Below the pieces are notes generated by a model. That model did not search any database, had not been told where the DNA came from, and saw nothing but the letters and a program-made list of their open reading frames with translations. From assembly GCF_048259695.1 (NCBI RefSeq), contig NZ_JBLXHL010000003.1, positions 358,304 through 422,303 on the forward strand: 64,000 nt of DNA, in the 5' to 3' direction. Both the position numbers and the translations under genes were made by a program. Shown piece after piece: positions 29,898 through 39,126 of the stretch; the stretch's first letter is position 1; every line of letters starts with the position of its first letter. The DNA comes from Celeribacter sp. Lineage in GTDB: Bacteria > Pseudomonadota > Alphaproteobacteria > Rhodobacterales > Rhodobacteraceae.

Positions 29898-32800
29898 CTA
29901 TTTCTTTTTAGGGGTCTGAGCGGCGACTTTCGCGTGCCGCGCGAGGTCTTGCGCAATGGAAAACGCGCCTTTGATCTTGTCACGATCATTCGCCCAGTCG
30001 CGGCGCACGATGATCTTGTTGTCCTTGACCTTGGCCTGCCCCTTTTGGTCCTGAATGAAATCCACAAGGCCCACAGGGTTGGCAAATTTGTCGTTGTGGA
30101 ACTGAATGGTCGCACCTTTCGGTCCGCCATCAAGGCGTGCAATACCGGCGGCACGGCATTTTTCCTTTATGCGAACAACAAGCAGCAAGGTATTGACCTC
30201 TTTGGGTAATTTGCCAAACCGGTCAATCAGCTCCGCCGCAAATCCTTCCAATTCCACTTTGGTGTGCAGGCCGGACAGGCGACGATACAGCCCCAACCGC
30301 ACATCAAGGTCGGTTACATAAGTCTCTGGAATCAAAACAGGAACGCCCAGATTGATCTGGGGCGCCCATGCGCCGTCATCGTCAAGCGTCACGCCCTCCT
30401 GACCCGACTTGATCTTGGCAATCGCCTCTTCGAGCATGGATTGATACAGCTCGAACCCCACCTCTTTGACGTGGCCCGATTGCTCCTCGCCCACCAGATT
30501 GCCCGCCCCGCGGATATCGAGATCCTGACTGGCAAGCGTAAAGCCCGCGCCAAGCGTATCCAGAGACCCCAGAACCCGCAGCCGCTTGCGGGCGGTGTCG
30601 GTCAGCGGTGCGCGAGGCTTGGTCGTCAAATAGGCATAGGCACGGGTTTTGGCCCGCCCCACACGGCCACGGATTTGATAGAGTTGCGACAGGCCGAACA
30701 TGTCGGCACGGTGGATCACCATCGTGTTGGCGGTCGGAATATCAATACCGCTTTCCACAATCGTGGTGGCCAACAGCACGTCATACTTGCCGTCATAAAA
30801 GGCGTTCATGCGATCATCCAACTCGCCCGCCGCCATTTGACCATGGCCCACCACAACGCTCACCTCGGGCACATGGTCCTTGAGGAACTGTTCGATCTCG
30901 GGAATGTCGTTGATGCGTGGCACGACAAAGAACGACTGGCCGCCGCGATAATGTTCGCGCAAGAGCGCCTCGCGGATCGTCACCGTATCGAACTCGCTGA
31001 CATAGGTGCGGATCGCCAGACGGTCGACGGGTGGTGTACCGATAATCGACAGATCACGCACCCCCGTCATCGACATTTGCAGGGTCCGCGGGATCGGCGT
31101 CGCCGACAGGGTCAGGACGTGGATGTTGGATTTCATCGACTTCAGGCGCTCTTTATGCGTCACGCCGAACCGCTGTTCTTCATCGACAATCAACAGGCCA
31201 AGGTCATGAAACCGCACGTTTTTCGCAAGCAACGCATGGGTGCCGATCACAATGTCGACCTCGCCGGTCGCCAGCCCTTCGCGGGTTTTGGCCATCTCTT
31301 TCTGGCTCACGAACCGCGACATCGGCCGCACGTTGATCGGGAAGCCACGGAAGCGGTCGGCAAACGAGCGGTAGTGTTGCCGCGCAAGCAGGGTGGTCGG
31401 CGCGATCACCGCCACCTGTTGGCCGCACATCGCCGCGACAAAGGCCGCGCGCATTGCCACTTCGGTTTTGCCAAACCCGACATCCCCGCACACGAGGCGA
31501 TCCATCGGGAGGCCCGCCTCCAGATCGTCGAGCACATCCTCGATCGCTTTGAGTTGGTCCTCGGTTTCGTCATAGGGAAAACGGGCGCAAAAGGCCTCCC
31601 ACATATCGTCGGGCGGCACCAGAATATCGGCTTTGCGCAACTGGCGCTCGGCGGCGATGCGGATCAGTTTCTCCGCAACCTCACGGATGCGTTCCTTGAG
31701 TTTTGCCTTTTTGGACTGCCACGCGCCACCGCCCAGTTTGTCGAGCATCCCCTCGTCATGGCCATAACGGCTCAGGAGTTCGATGTTCTCAACGGGTAGA
31801 TACAGACGGTCACCACCGGCATATTCGAGCAAAAGACACTCATGCGCCGCCCCCAAAGCCGTGATGACCTCAAGTCCGCGGAAAATCCCGACACCGTGGT
31901 CCACGTGGACAATGAGGTCGCCCGCCGAAAGTGCGGAATGTTCGGTCAGGAAATTATCGGCCCGCTTTTTGCGGCTCGGGCGGCGGATGAGGCGGTCGCC
32001 CAACACATCTTGTTCCGAGATCACCGTGACCTGTTCACCCGTCCCTGTCGGGGCATCGAACCCCTCGTCGAGCGGCCAAATGGCGAGGAACACGCCGCCC
32101 TTGCCCGATGGCACATCGCGCCAATCGGAGATGAGGGCGGTGTCCGTCAGATCCTGATCCTCAAGCAGCGCCTGAAGGCGGTCGCGCGCGCCCTCGGACC
32201 ACGAGGCCATGACAACATGCCCGACCTCGCGTTTTGCCGCAATGTGGTCGGACAAACTTTCGAAAAGGTTCAGTTTTTCCTGTTGGCGCTCTGGTGCGAA
32301 ATTGCGTCCGACGCGGCCTCCCGCATCAATCACGCCCGGTCCCGTGGCCTGCGCCGAGGGGTGGAAATGCAGCACGCGGCGCCCGGCAATCTCGGCCTCC
32401 CACGCGGCATCATCCAGATAAAGTTGCGCCGGCGGACAGGGTTTATAGATGCTATCAAGCCGCTTTTTCGACGTCATCGCCTCGCGGCGGCTGTCGTATT
32501 GATCCGCGATCCCCTCCCACCGTGCCAAACGGGCGGCGGTGGTGTGATCGTCGAGTGCAATCGTGGCCTCGGGGGTGTAGTCGAACAGCGTGGCGAGGTG
32601 GTCGTTGAAGAACGGCAGCCAATGCTCCAGCCCTGCGTGTTTTTTGCCCGCTGACACCGCCTCGTAGAGCGGATCATCGGTCCCCGCCGCACCAAATTCA
32701 ATGCGGTAGGTCTGGCGAAACCGCGTGATGGCCGCCTCGTCGAGAATGACCTCGCACACGGGCGTAAAGGTGATCGCGTCAAGCGTCTCGGTGGTGCGCT

Positions 32801-33395
32801 GTGTCGCGGGATCAAACCGGCGCAACCCGTCCAGTTCATCGCCAAAGAAATCGAGCCGCACCGGCATTTCATGGCCCGGCGGAAAGACATCGATAATGCC
32901 GCCACGAATGGCGTAATCGCCGTGCTCGACCACCGTGGGGGCCTGTGTGAACCCCATGCGCACAAAGAAGCCGCGCAGCGCCTCCTCGTTGACCCGCTGA
33001 CCTTTGCGCAGCGAAAACGCCGCACCCTCCAACGTCTCTTTGGGCGGCACGCGCTGTGTCGCGGCGGCCAGTGTCGTGAGCAGGACATAGCGTTTGGGCA
33101 TCGCGCCATGGGCCAAAGCGGCCAAGGTTGCCATACGGGCGGCGGACACATCGGCATTGGGCGAGATCCGATCATACGGCAGGCAATCCCAGGCGGGAAA
33201 GTCGACCACAGGCAGGTCGGGCGCAAAGAATGCCAGTGCCGATTTGAGCGCCGCAACCCGTTTGTCATCGCGGGCGACATGAATCACGGGCGCATCGGAT
33301 TTGGCCACCTCGCGGGCAAGCAAAAAGGCGTCAAAGCCCTCTGGAGCACCGCCGATTTGCACATGTGCGGTGTTGGATTTGGATGCCGTTGCCAT
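29898..33395 (-). CDS. mfd: Transcription-repair coupling factor
   Basis: VHVDHGVG, CGDVGFGKTEVA, DEEQRFGV, SATPIPRTL, QIRGRVGR, DLDIRGAGN. Confidence 0.98.
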   Translation of the reverse strand: MATASKSNTAHVQIGGAPEGFDAFLLAREVAKSDAPVIHVARDDKRVAALKSALAFFAPDLPVVDFPAWDCLPYDRISPNADVSAARMATLAALAHGAMPKRYVLLTTLAAATQRVPPKETLEGAAFSLRKGQRVNEEALRGFFVRMGFTQAPTVVEHGDYAIRGGIIDVFPPGHEMPVRLDFFGDELDGLRRFDPATQRTTETLDAITFTPVCEVILDEAAITRFRQTYRIEFGAAGTDDPLYEAVSAGKKHAGLEHWLPFFNDHLATLFDYTPEATIALDDHTTAARLARWEGIADQYDSRREAMTSKKRLDSIYKPCPPAQLYLDDAAWEAEIAGRRVLHFHPSAQATGPGVIDAGGRVGRNFAPERQQEKLNLFESLSDHIAAKREVGHVVMASWSEGARDRLQALLEDQDLTDTALISDWRDVPSGKGGVFLAIWPLDEGFDAPTGTGEQVTVISEQDVLGDRLIRRPSRKKRADNFLTEHSALSAGDLIVHVDHGVGIFRGLEVITALGAAHECLLLEYAGGDRLYLPVENIELLSRYGHDEGMLDKLGGGAWQSKKAKLKERIREVAEKLIRIAAERQLRKADILVPPDDMWEAFCARFPYDETEDQLKAIEDVLDDLEAGLPMDRLVCGDVGFGKTEVAMRAAFVAAMCGQQVAVIAPTTLLARQHYRSFADRFRGFPINVRPMSRFVSQKEMAKTREGLATGEVDIVIGTHALLAKNVRFHDLGLLIVDEEQRFGVTHKERLKSMKSNIHVLTLSATPIPRTLQMSMTGVRDLSIIGTPPVDRLAIRTYVSEFDTVTIREALLREHYRGGQSFFVVPRINDIPEIEQFLKDHVPEVSVVVGHGQMAAGELDDRMNAFYDGKYDVLLATTIVESGIDIPTANTMVIHRADMFGLSQLYQIRGRVGRAKTRAYAYLTTKPRAPLTDTARKRLRVLGSLDTLGAGFTLASQDLDIRGAGNLVGEEQSGHVKEVGFELYQSMLEEAIAKIKSGQEGVTLDDDGAWAPQINLGVPVLIPETYVTDLDVRLGLYRRLSGLHTKVELEGFAAELIDRFGKLPKEVNTLLLVVRIKEKCRAAGIARLDGGPKGATIQFHNDKFANPVGLVDFIQDQKGQAKVKDNKIIVRRDWANDRDKIKGAFSIAQDLARHAKVAAQTPKKK

Positions 33396-33400
33396 CACGG

Positions 33401-33928
33401 TCAACCGCCAAGCGGCCCCGTGACGATGTTTTGGGACATGCCCCACATCGCGGTGATAAAGATGAACAGCATTCCGATGATCTGTGTTTTGAGGCGGTGA
33501 CGGCGCAACGTGTTCACAAGATCATCCCCGCGCGGCGCCTCGACGATAATCCGCTGTGCCGTACGCACATTGAGATAGAAAACAATCGTCATCGGAAAGG
33601 CCATCAGAAAGACAGCCTGCGCGAACTCCACATCGTAAAACACACCCAGACCGAACAAAATCGTCAGCCCTCCCGTTGCGATAGCGACAATCACAAGGCC
33701 GGAAATTTCGGCAATACTGCCCAGGCGGTTGACGTTGATGCGCACCAGATCCTCGAGGTCCTGCATCCGCTCGCCGCCCAATTTTTGCGCCTTTTGCGCA
33801 AGATCGAACGGCACGCCGAGGACAAAATGAGAGGCCGTGGACCATAGCACGGCCAAGGCGATCCAATACCACAGATTGGAAAAGGATCGCATGTCGATCA
33901 CTTCGAAAACGGTTTGCCAGATGTTCAC
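33401..33928 (-). CDS. Conserved Rhodobacteraceae membrane protein (often labelled component of SufBCD complex)
   Basis: IDMRSFSNLWYWIALAV..S..VLGVPFD; 4 TM segments; GTG start assumed; label recalled, not verified. Confidence 0.65.
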   Translation of the reverse strand: MNIWQTVFEVIDMRSFSNLWYWIALAVLWSTASHFVLGVPFDLAQKAQKLGGERMQDLEDLVRINVNRLGSIAEISGLVIVAIATGGLTILFGLGVFYDVEFAQAVFLMAFPMTIVFYLNVRTAQRIIVEAPRGDDLVNTLRRHRLKTQIIGMLFIFITAMWGMSQNIVTGPLGG

Positions 33929-34077
33929 TGTCGCTGCTCTTTTGGGCATGTCAAAGGTCGGTTTTTTGCCGACTGGGGGACACTAGCGCGGCTGCGCGGC
34001 GATTCCTACCCTTGATGAACGGCAAAAACCGTGTCACCCCGTTGCACGAGTTCAATAATCACGTATCGAGAGCCGCC

Positions 34078-35076
34078 ATGACCCGTTCCACTGCCCCGTT
34101 TCCGCTGACCCGACTGCGCCGCACCCGCAAGATGGATGCCATTCGTGGCATGGTGCGCGAAAACGCATTGCAGGTCACGGACCTGATCTGGCCGGTATTT
34201 GTGCGCGAGGGCGTCGATGACGCCACCCCCATTCCGTCGATGCCCGGCGTTGAACGCCTGACAATCGACCGGTTGGTTACAGCCGCGGTGGAGGCGCACG
34301 CCCTTGGCATTCCTGCGATTTGCCTGTTTCCCTACATCGAGCCGGATCTGAAAACCGAATGTTGCGCGGGCGCATGGGATCCCGACAACCTTGTGAACCG
34401 CGCCATTCGCGCGATCAAAGCGGCGGTGCCGGAGCTTGCGATCATGACCGATGTGGCGCTTGACCCCTACAACATCAACGGCCATGACGGTTTTGTCGTC
34501 GAGGGCGAAATCGTCAACGACATGACCGTCGAGGCGCTTGTCAAAATGGCGGTGGCACAGGCCGAGGCGGGCGCGGACATCATCGGGCCGTCCGATATGA
34601 TGGACGGGCGCATCGGCGCTATTCGCCGCGCGTTGGAAACCGAAGGCTACGACACCGTCACGATCATGTCCTATGCCGCCAAATACGCCTCCGCCTTTTA
34701 TGGCCCGTTTCGCGATGCGGTGGGCGCGTCGGGCGCACTCAAGGGCGACAAGAACACCTATCAAATGGACCCCGCCAATTCCGACGAGGCCATGCGCCTG
34801 ATTGAACGCGACCTGTTGGAGGGCGCGGATATGGTCATGGTCAAACCCGGCATGCCCTATCTCGACATTTGCCGCCGCGTCAAAGACACCTTTGGCGTGC
34901 CGACCTTTGCCTATCAGGTGTCGGGCGAATACGCGATGCTCAACGCCGCCGCGGCAAACGGATGGTTGGACCGTGACAAGGTCATGATGGAAAGCCTGAT
35001 GGCGTTCAAACGCGCGGGCTGTAACGGCATTTTGACCTATTTCGCCGTTGACGCGGCCCGCCTGCTTAAGGGGTGA
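34078..35076 (+). CDS. hemB: Porphobilinogen synthase
   Basis: RLRRTR, DVALDPY, GPSDMMDGRI, YAAKYASAFYGPFRDA, MVKPG, AYQVSGEY. Confidence 0.97.
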   Translation: MTRSTAPFPLTRLRRTRKMDAIRGMVRENALQVTDLIWPVFVREGVDDATPIPSMPGVERLTIDRLVTAAVEAHALGIPAICLFPYIEPDLKTECCAGAWDPDNLVNRAIRAIKAAVPELAIMTDVALDPYNINGHDGFVVEGEIVNDMTVEALVKMAVAQAEAGADIIGPSDMMDGRIGAIRRALETEGYDTVTIMSYAAKYASAFYGPFRDAVGASGALKGDKNTYQMDPANSDEAMRLIERDLLEGADMVMVKPGMPYLDICRRVKDTFGVPTFAYQVSGEYAMLNAAAANGWLDRDKVMMESLMAFKRAGCNGILTYFAVDAARLLKG

Positions 35077-35228
35077 TGCGCCGCACCGCGCAGGGCAAGG
35101 GGTCGGCAAACCTCCTCCTAAGGATGCACCGGCGCGGATAAAGCAATGACAGCGCATGAAAATTGCGCCATAATAACCGCCAAAGAGCCAGGAGAGCTCG
35201 CAATTGACAGCAGATAAAGGGCAGTCCC

Positions 35229-35786
35229 ATGACAAATTTCCCCCGCCGGACCTTTTTGACCGGACTTGGTAGCGCCGGTCTTTTGACCGCCTGTGGCAAT
35301 GGTATGAGTTCCAATGGCAGCTCGGTGATTGACGCCCGCGTTGACCGGACCTTGAACGAATTGTATTCCAACTACCCCGGCACCAGTGATCTGCGCGATA
35401 AATCCGTGGGCCAACTGGTGATGCCACTCGTGACCGAGGCCGGTTTCGGCATTGGCGGCTCATACGGGCGTGGCGCCTTGCGCGTAGGCGGTGCAACGGT
35501 GGATTACTATTCCTCGGCACAGGCCTCTTTCGGCATCCAGATCGGTGCACAGCAATATGCGCACGTCCTGTTCTTTATGACGCAGCAAGCCTTGCAAGAT
35601 TTCCGCAATTCACCGGGTTGGGCCGCAGGGGCCGATATCGAATACGCAATTGCCAACCGTGGCGAGGAAATGTCAGCCGAAACAACGACACAGCTGTCGC
35701 CCGTTATCGGCGTGGTGTTCGGTCAGGCGGGCTTGCGTGCAGGGGCCACCGTCGAAGGCACGAAATACACGAGGATCATCCCGTAA
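35229..35786 (+). CDS. Tat-exported YSC84-related lipoprotein
   Basis: RRTFL twin-arginine motif, LTAC lipobox, GGSYGRGAL, GIQIGAQ. Confidence 0.8.
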   Translation: MTNFPRRTFLTGLGSAGLLTACGNGMSSNGSSVIDARVDRTLNELYSNYPGTSDLRDKSVGQLVMPLVTEAGFGIGGSYGRGALRVGGATVDYYSSAQASFGIQIGAQQYAHVLFFMTQQALQDFRNSPGWAAGADIEYAIANRGEEMSAETTTQLSPVIGVVFGQAGLRAGATVEGTKYTRIIP

Positions 35787-35810
35787 GGGTTTGATATCCG
35801 AACTTAAAAC

Positions 35811-35839
35811 AAAAGCCCGCCGGTCTGGCGGGCTTTTTT
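35811..35839. terminator. Bidirectional terminator
   Basis: AAAAGCCCGCC-ggtct-GGCGGGCTTTTTT. Confidence 0.8.
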
Positions 35840-35883
35840 GTGTCGCACTGGCGTTGCCTCGCACGGGTGCGGCGCCTGTCCGG

Positions 35884-36999
35884 CTAGGGCAAGGCCTCCT
35901 CGAGCACACCATCCGCAGTCATTTGCGCATAGAGCAACCCCTCACGCAAACCCCGATCCGCCACCGACAGCCGGTCCGTGGGCCAGACCCGCAACAGCGC
36001 CTGAAGGATGGCCGCCCCCGACATGATCAGCGCCTGACGGTCGCGCCCGATACGCGGGTCATTGCGCCGCCCCACAGGGCCGAGGTGCAAATAGTCACGG
36101 ATCACACTGTCAATCTGTTCGGAGGACATCCGCAGCCCGTCGACCTTGTTGCGATCATAGCGCCGCAAGCCGAGGTGCGAGGCCGCCACGGTCGTCACCG
36201 TGCCTGATGTTCCGATGATCTGAAACCCGTCCCGGGCGGGTTCATTGGCGTAAGGTGTGAAATCCGCAAGCTTTTCCTCAAAGAACCACGACATCAACGC
36301 AAAGCGCGCACTGTCGTCTTCGACATCGGAAAACTGCTCCATCAGGGTGGCAACCCCCAAAGGCACGGAAATCCAGTCGACCACTTTGGCATGGGGGAAA
36401 ATGCTGCTTTCGGTCGGCTTGAACCCCGTATGAAGCCGCATGATCGCCCGCGGGCGGTCGGCCTTTGGCACCGCACTCAGGTCAATCCAGACAAGTTCGG
36501 TTGACCCGCCGCCGATATCCACCACCAACAATTGCTCGGTCATGGTCGAGACAAGCGGCGCACAGGAAATCACCGCAAGCCGCGCTTCTTCCTCGGGTTT
36601 GATGATTTCGAGCTGTAGCCCCGTCTCGCGCTGCACCCGGCGCAAAAAATCGCGCGAGTTTTTGGCGCGACGACAGGCTTCGGTCGCCACAAGACGCATC
36701 CGCGTCACATTATGCTTGTCGAGTTTCTTGCGACAGACCCGCAACGCCTGAATCGTGCGGGTGATAGACCCACGCGACAAACGGCCAGAGGCCTCCAGTC
36801 CGTTCCCCAATTGGACGGATTTGGAAAAGCTGTCGACCACATGAAACTGACTGCCCTTTGGTTGGGCAATCAACATGCGGCACGAATTAGTGCCGAGATC
36901 GAGAGCCGCATAAAGCTCTTCGCGATCTGCGGTTTGAGGCACGGGTGGCTCAACCGGTTTCGGGAACGCGCCCGCACCTGTGGGACGCTTGGGCGCCAT
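35884..36999 (-). CDS. Ppx/GppA family phosphatase (short form)
   Basis: AALDLGTNSCR, VATEACRRAKN, EEEARL, DIGGGSTEL, GLREG. Confidence 0.9.
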   Translation of the reverse strand: MAPKRPTGAGAFPKPVEPPVPQTADREELYAALDLGTNSCRMLIAQPKGSQFHVVDSFSKSVQLGNGLEASGRLSRGSITRTIQALRVCRKKLDKHNVTRMRLVATEACRRAKNSRDFLRRVQRETGLQLEIIKPEEEARLAVISCAPLVSTMTEQLLVVDIGGGSTELVWIDLSAVPKADRPRAIMRLHTGFKPTESSIFPHAKVVDWISVPLGVATLMEQFSDVEDDSARFALMSWFFEEKLADFTPYANEPARDGFQIIGTSGTVTTVAASHLGLRRYDRNKVDGLRMSSEQIDSVIRDYLHLGPVGRRNDPRIGRDRQALIMSGAAILQALLRVWPTDRLSVADRGLREGLLYAQMTADGVLEEALP

Positions 37000-37169
37000 A
37001 GTACGCCCTCCATTTCGAGTTGGGATCACCCTACGCGTGCTTGTGCCCCCTCGCAAGGGATCAGATGGCCCGCGTTCATAAACGTGATGAAGATTTTTCC
37101 GATACCAAGCCCTTTCCCCCAATGTCCGCTTGGCCTAAGTCTGTCTCTCGACAATAAGGGCCGAGACAC

Positions 37170-37469
37170 ATGACCGATATGACCATCATCTACTGGCGCG
37201 ATATTCCCGCCCAAGTGCGCGTGGGCCGTGGCCGCCGCGCCGCGCGTGCGGTGTTGCCCGAACGGTTCGAACAGGCCATCGACCGTGTGGCCATGCGCAT
37301 CGGAGCCACCGATCAGGACGCCTATATCGCCGAGTGGCGCGATGTGGTGGTCGTGGTCGACGGTGAGGGTCAGGAGGCCGTAGACGCCAAGGTGGCCGAA
37401 CTTGACGCCGCCTATGACAAAGAGCGCCTGATCGCGCTTGTGAACAATGACGGGCATGCGCCCGCGTAA
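37170..37469 (+). CDS. Small virulence factor-domain protein (Virulence_fact-like)
   Basis: YWRDIPAQV, LPERFEQAIDR.AM, YIAEWR. Confidence 0.75.
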   Translation: MTDMTIIYWRDIPAQVRVGRGRRAARAVLPERFEQAIDRVAMRIGATDQDAYIAEWRDVVVVVDGEGQEAVDAKVAELDAAYDKERLIALVNNDGHAPA

Positions 37470-37522
37470 ATTCCGCACAACTTTCGCAAAGGCCAAGCGC
37501 CCGCGTTCAAAGGACACATGAC

Positions 37523-38509
37523 ATGACCCGCACAGTGATCGAGAGCAAGACCAAGACCGTCGTCATCGGCTTTGACGAACCGTTTGCCGTCATCGGCGAG
37601 CGTATCAACCCGACGGGGCGCAAGAAACTCGCCGCCGAACTGGAGCTTGGCGATTTCTCCACCGTCGAACGCGATGCGATCGAACAGGTCGCCTGTGGCG
37701 CCAACATCCTCGATATCAATTCGGGTGCTGTGTTCTCCAACAAAATGGCCGAGGATCCCCGTTACGCCGACAACAACTTTGTCGAGCCGCCCTTGATGCG
37801 TGACCTGATTGCCCGCGTTCAGGCCATTGTCGACGTGCCTTTGTGCATCGACAGCTCGGTGCCCGATGCGCTTGAGGCCGGTCTGGAGATGGCCGAGGGC
37901 CGTCCGCTTTTGAACTCGGTGACGGGCGAGGAAGAGCGCCTTGAGCGGGTTTTGCCCCTCGTCAAAAAATACAACGTCCCCGTTGTGGCGATTGCCAATG
38001 ACGACACAGGGATTTCCGAGGACCCCGAGGTCCGCTTTGCCGTGGCCAAACGCATCGTGGAGCGCGCCGCCGATTTCGGCATTCCCGCCCATGACATCGT
38101 TGTGGACCCGCTCGTGATGCCCATCGGTGCAATGCGCACGGCGGGCCAACAGGTATTCACACTTGTACGCCGCTTGCGTGACGAATTGGGCGTCAACACC
38201 ACCTGCGGCGCGTCCAACGTCTCGTTCGGCCTGCCACAGCGCCACGGGATCAACGCCGCCTTTCTGCCGATGGCGATTGGCGCGGGCATGACATCGGCGA
38301 TTATGAACCCTGTGCGATTGCAGGAAATGGAGGCCATCCGTGCGGCCAACCTGCTCATGAACCACGACCCCGATGGCGCGAAGTGGATCGGCTTTAGCCG
38401 TATTATCGACGCAGTGGCCGAGGGTGCAACCTTTGCCGAGGCCTCCACGGCGGCAGCCACCGCAGGGTCCGGTGGCGGGCGGCGCGGTGGCGGACGGCGC
38501 CGCCGGTAA
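37523..38509 (+). CDS. Methyltetrahydrofolate:corrinoid methyltransferase (stand-alone MetH pterin-binding module)
   Basis: IGERINPTGRKKL, LCIDSS, LNSVTGEE, VDPLVMPIG, GASNVSFGLP. Confidence 0.9.
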   Translation: MTRTVIESKTKTVVIGFDEPFAVIGERINPTGRKKLAAELELGDFSTVERDAIEQVACGANILDINSGAVFSNKMAEDPRYADNNFVEPPLMRDLIARVQAIVDVPLCIDSSVPDALEAGLEMAEGRPLLNSVTGEEERLERVLPLVKKYNVPVVAIANDDTGISEDPEVRFAVAKRIVERAADFGIPAHDIVVDPLVMPIGAMRTAGQQVFTLVRRLRDELGVNTTCGASNVSFGLPQRHGINAAFLPMAIGAGMTSAIMNPVRLQEMEAIRAANLLMNHDPDGAKWIGFSRIIDAVAEGATFAEASTAAATAGSGGGRRGGGRRRR

Positions 38510-38550
38510 TCCCGGTTCGGGTCAACACCACAGAGAAAGGGAGCGCATAG

Positions 38551-39126
38551 ATGACACGGTTAATCGCCTTGAACAAACCGTTCGATGTGCTCTCCCAGTT
38601 CACCGACAAAGGATCAGAGGGCAGCACACGCCGCACGCTCTCGGATTTTGTCGACGTGCCGGACGTCTACCCCGCCGGACGGTTGGACCGCGATAGCGAG
38701 GGCCTCTTGCTATTGACCGATGACGGACGTCTGCAAGCCCGCATTGCCAACCCGAAATCCAAGATGCCAAAGACCTATCTGGCACAGGTCGAAGGCAACA
38801 TCGACGCCGCGGCGATTGCGGCGCTGTGCCGTGGTGTGCCGCTCAAGGACGGTCAAACCCGCCCTGCCCGCGCCACCCGTATCGACGCCCCCGACTGGCT
38901 CTGGCCGCGCACGCCGCCGGTGCGTTACCGCAAATCGGTCCCCGACAGTTGGGTGCAATTGACCATCACCGAGGGCAAGAACCGACAGGTGCGGCGCATG
39001 ACGGCGCATGTCGGGTTTCCGACCCTGCGCCTGATCCGTGTGGCCATCGGGCCATATACACTCGACGGGATCGACAGCGGCGCATGGCGCGACGCCGATC
39101 CACGCAACGCATGGGATACGCTATGA
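38551..39126 (+). CDS. rRNA pseudouridine synthase (RluE-like)
   Basis: [38 protein letters not shown]. Confidence 0.9.
   Translation: MTRLIALNKPFDVLSQFTDKGSEGSTRRTLSDFVDVPDVYPAGRLDRDSEGLLLLTDDGRLQARIANPKSKMPKTYLAQVEGNIDAAAIAALCRGVPLKDGQTRPARATRIDAPDWLWPRTPPVRYRKSVPDSWVQLTITEGKNRQVRRMTAHVGFPTLRLIRVAIGPYTLDGIDSGAWRDADPRNAWDTL

Noticed and set aside
34011-34025. FNR-like TTGAT-N4-GGCAA upstream of hemB
   Set aside because: The second half-site matches only 3 of 5 positions.
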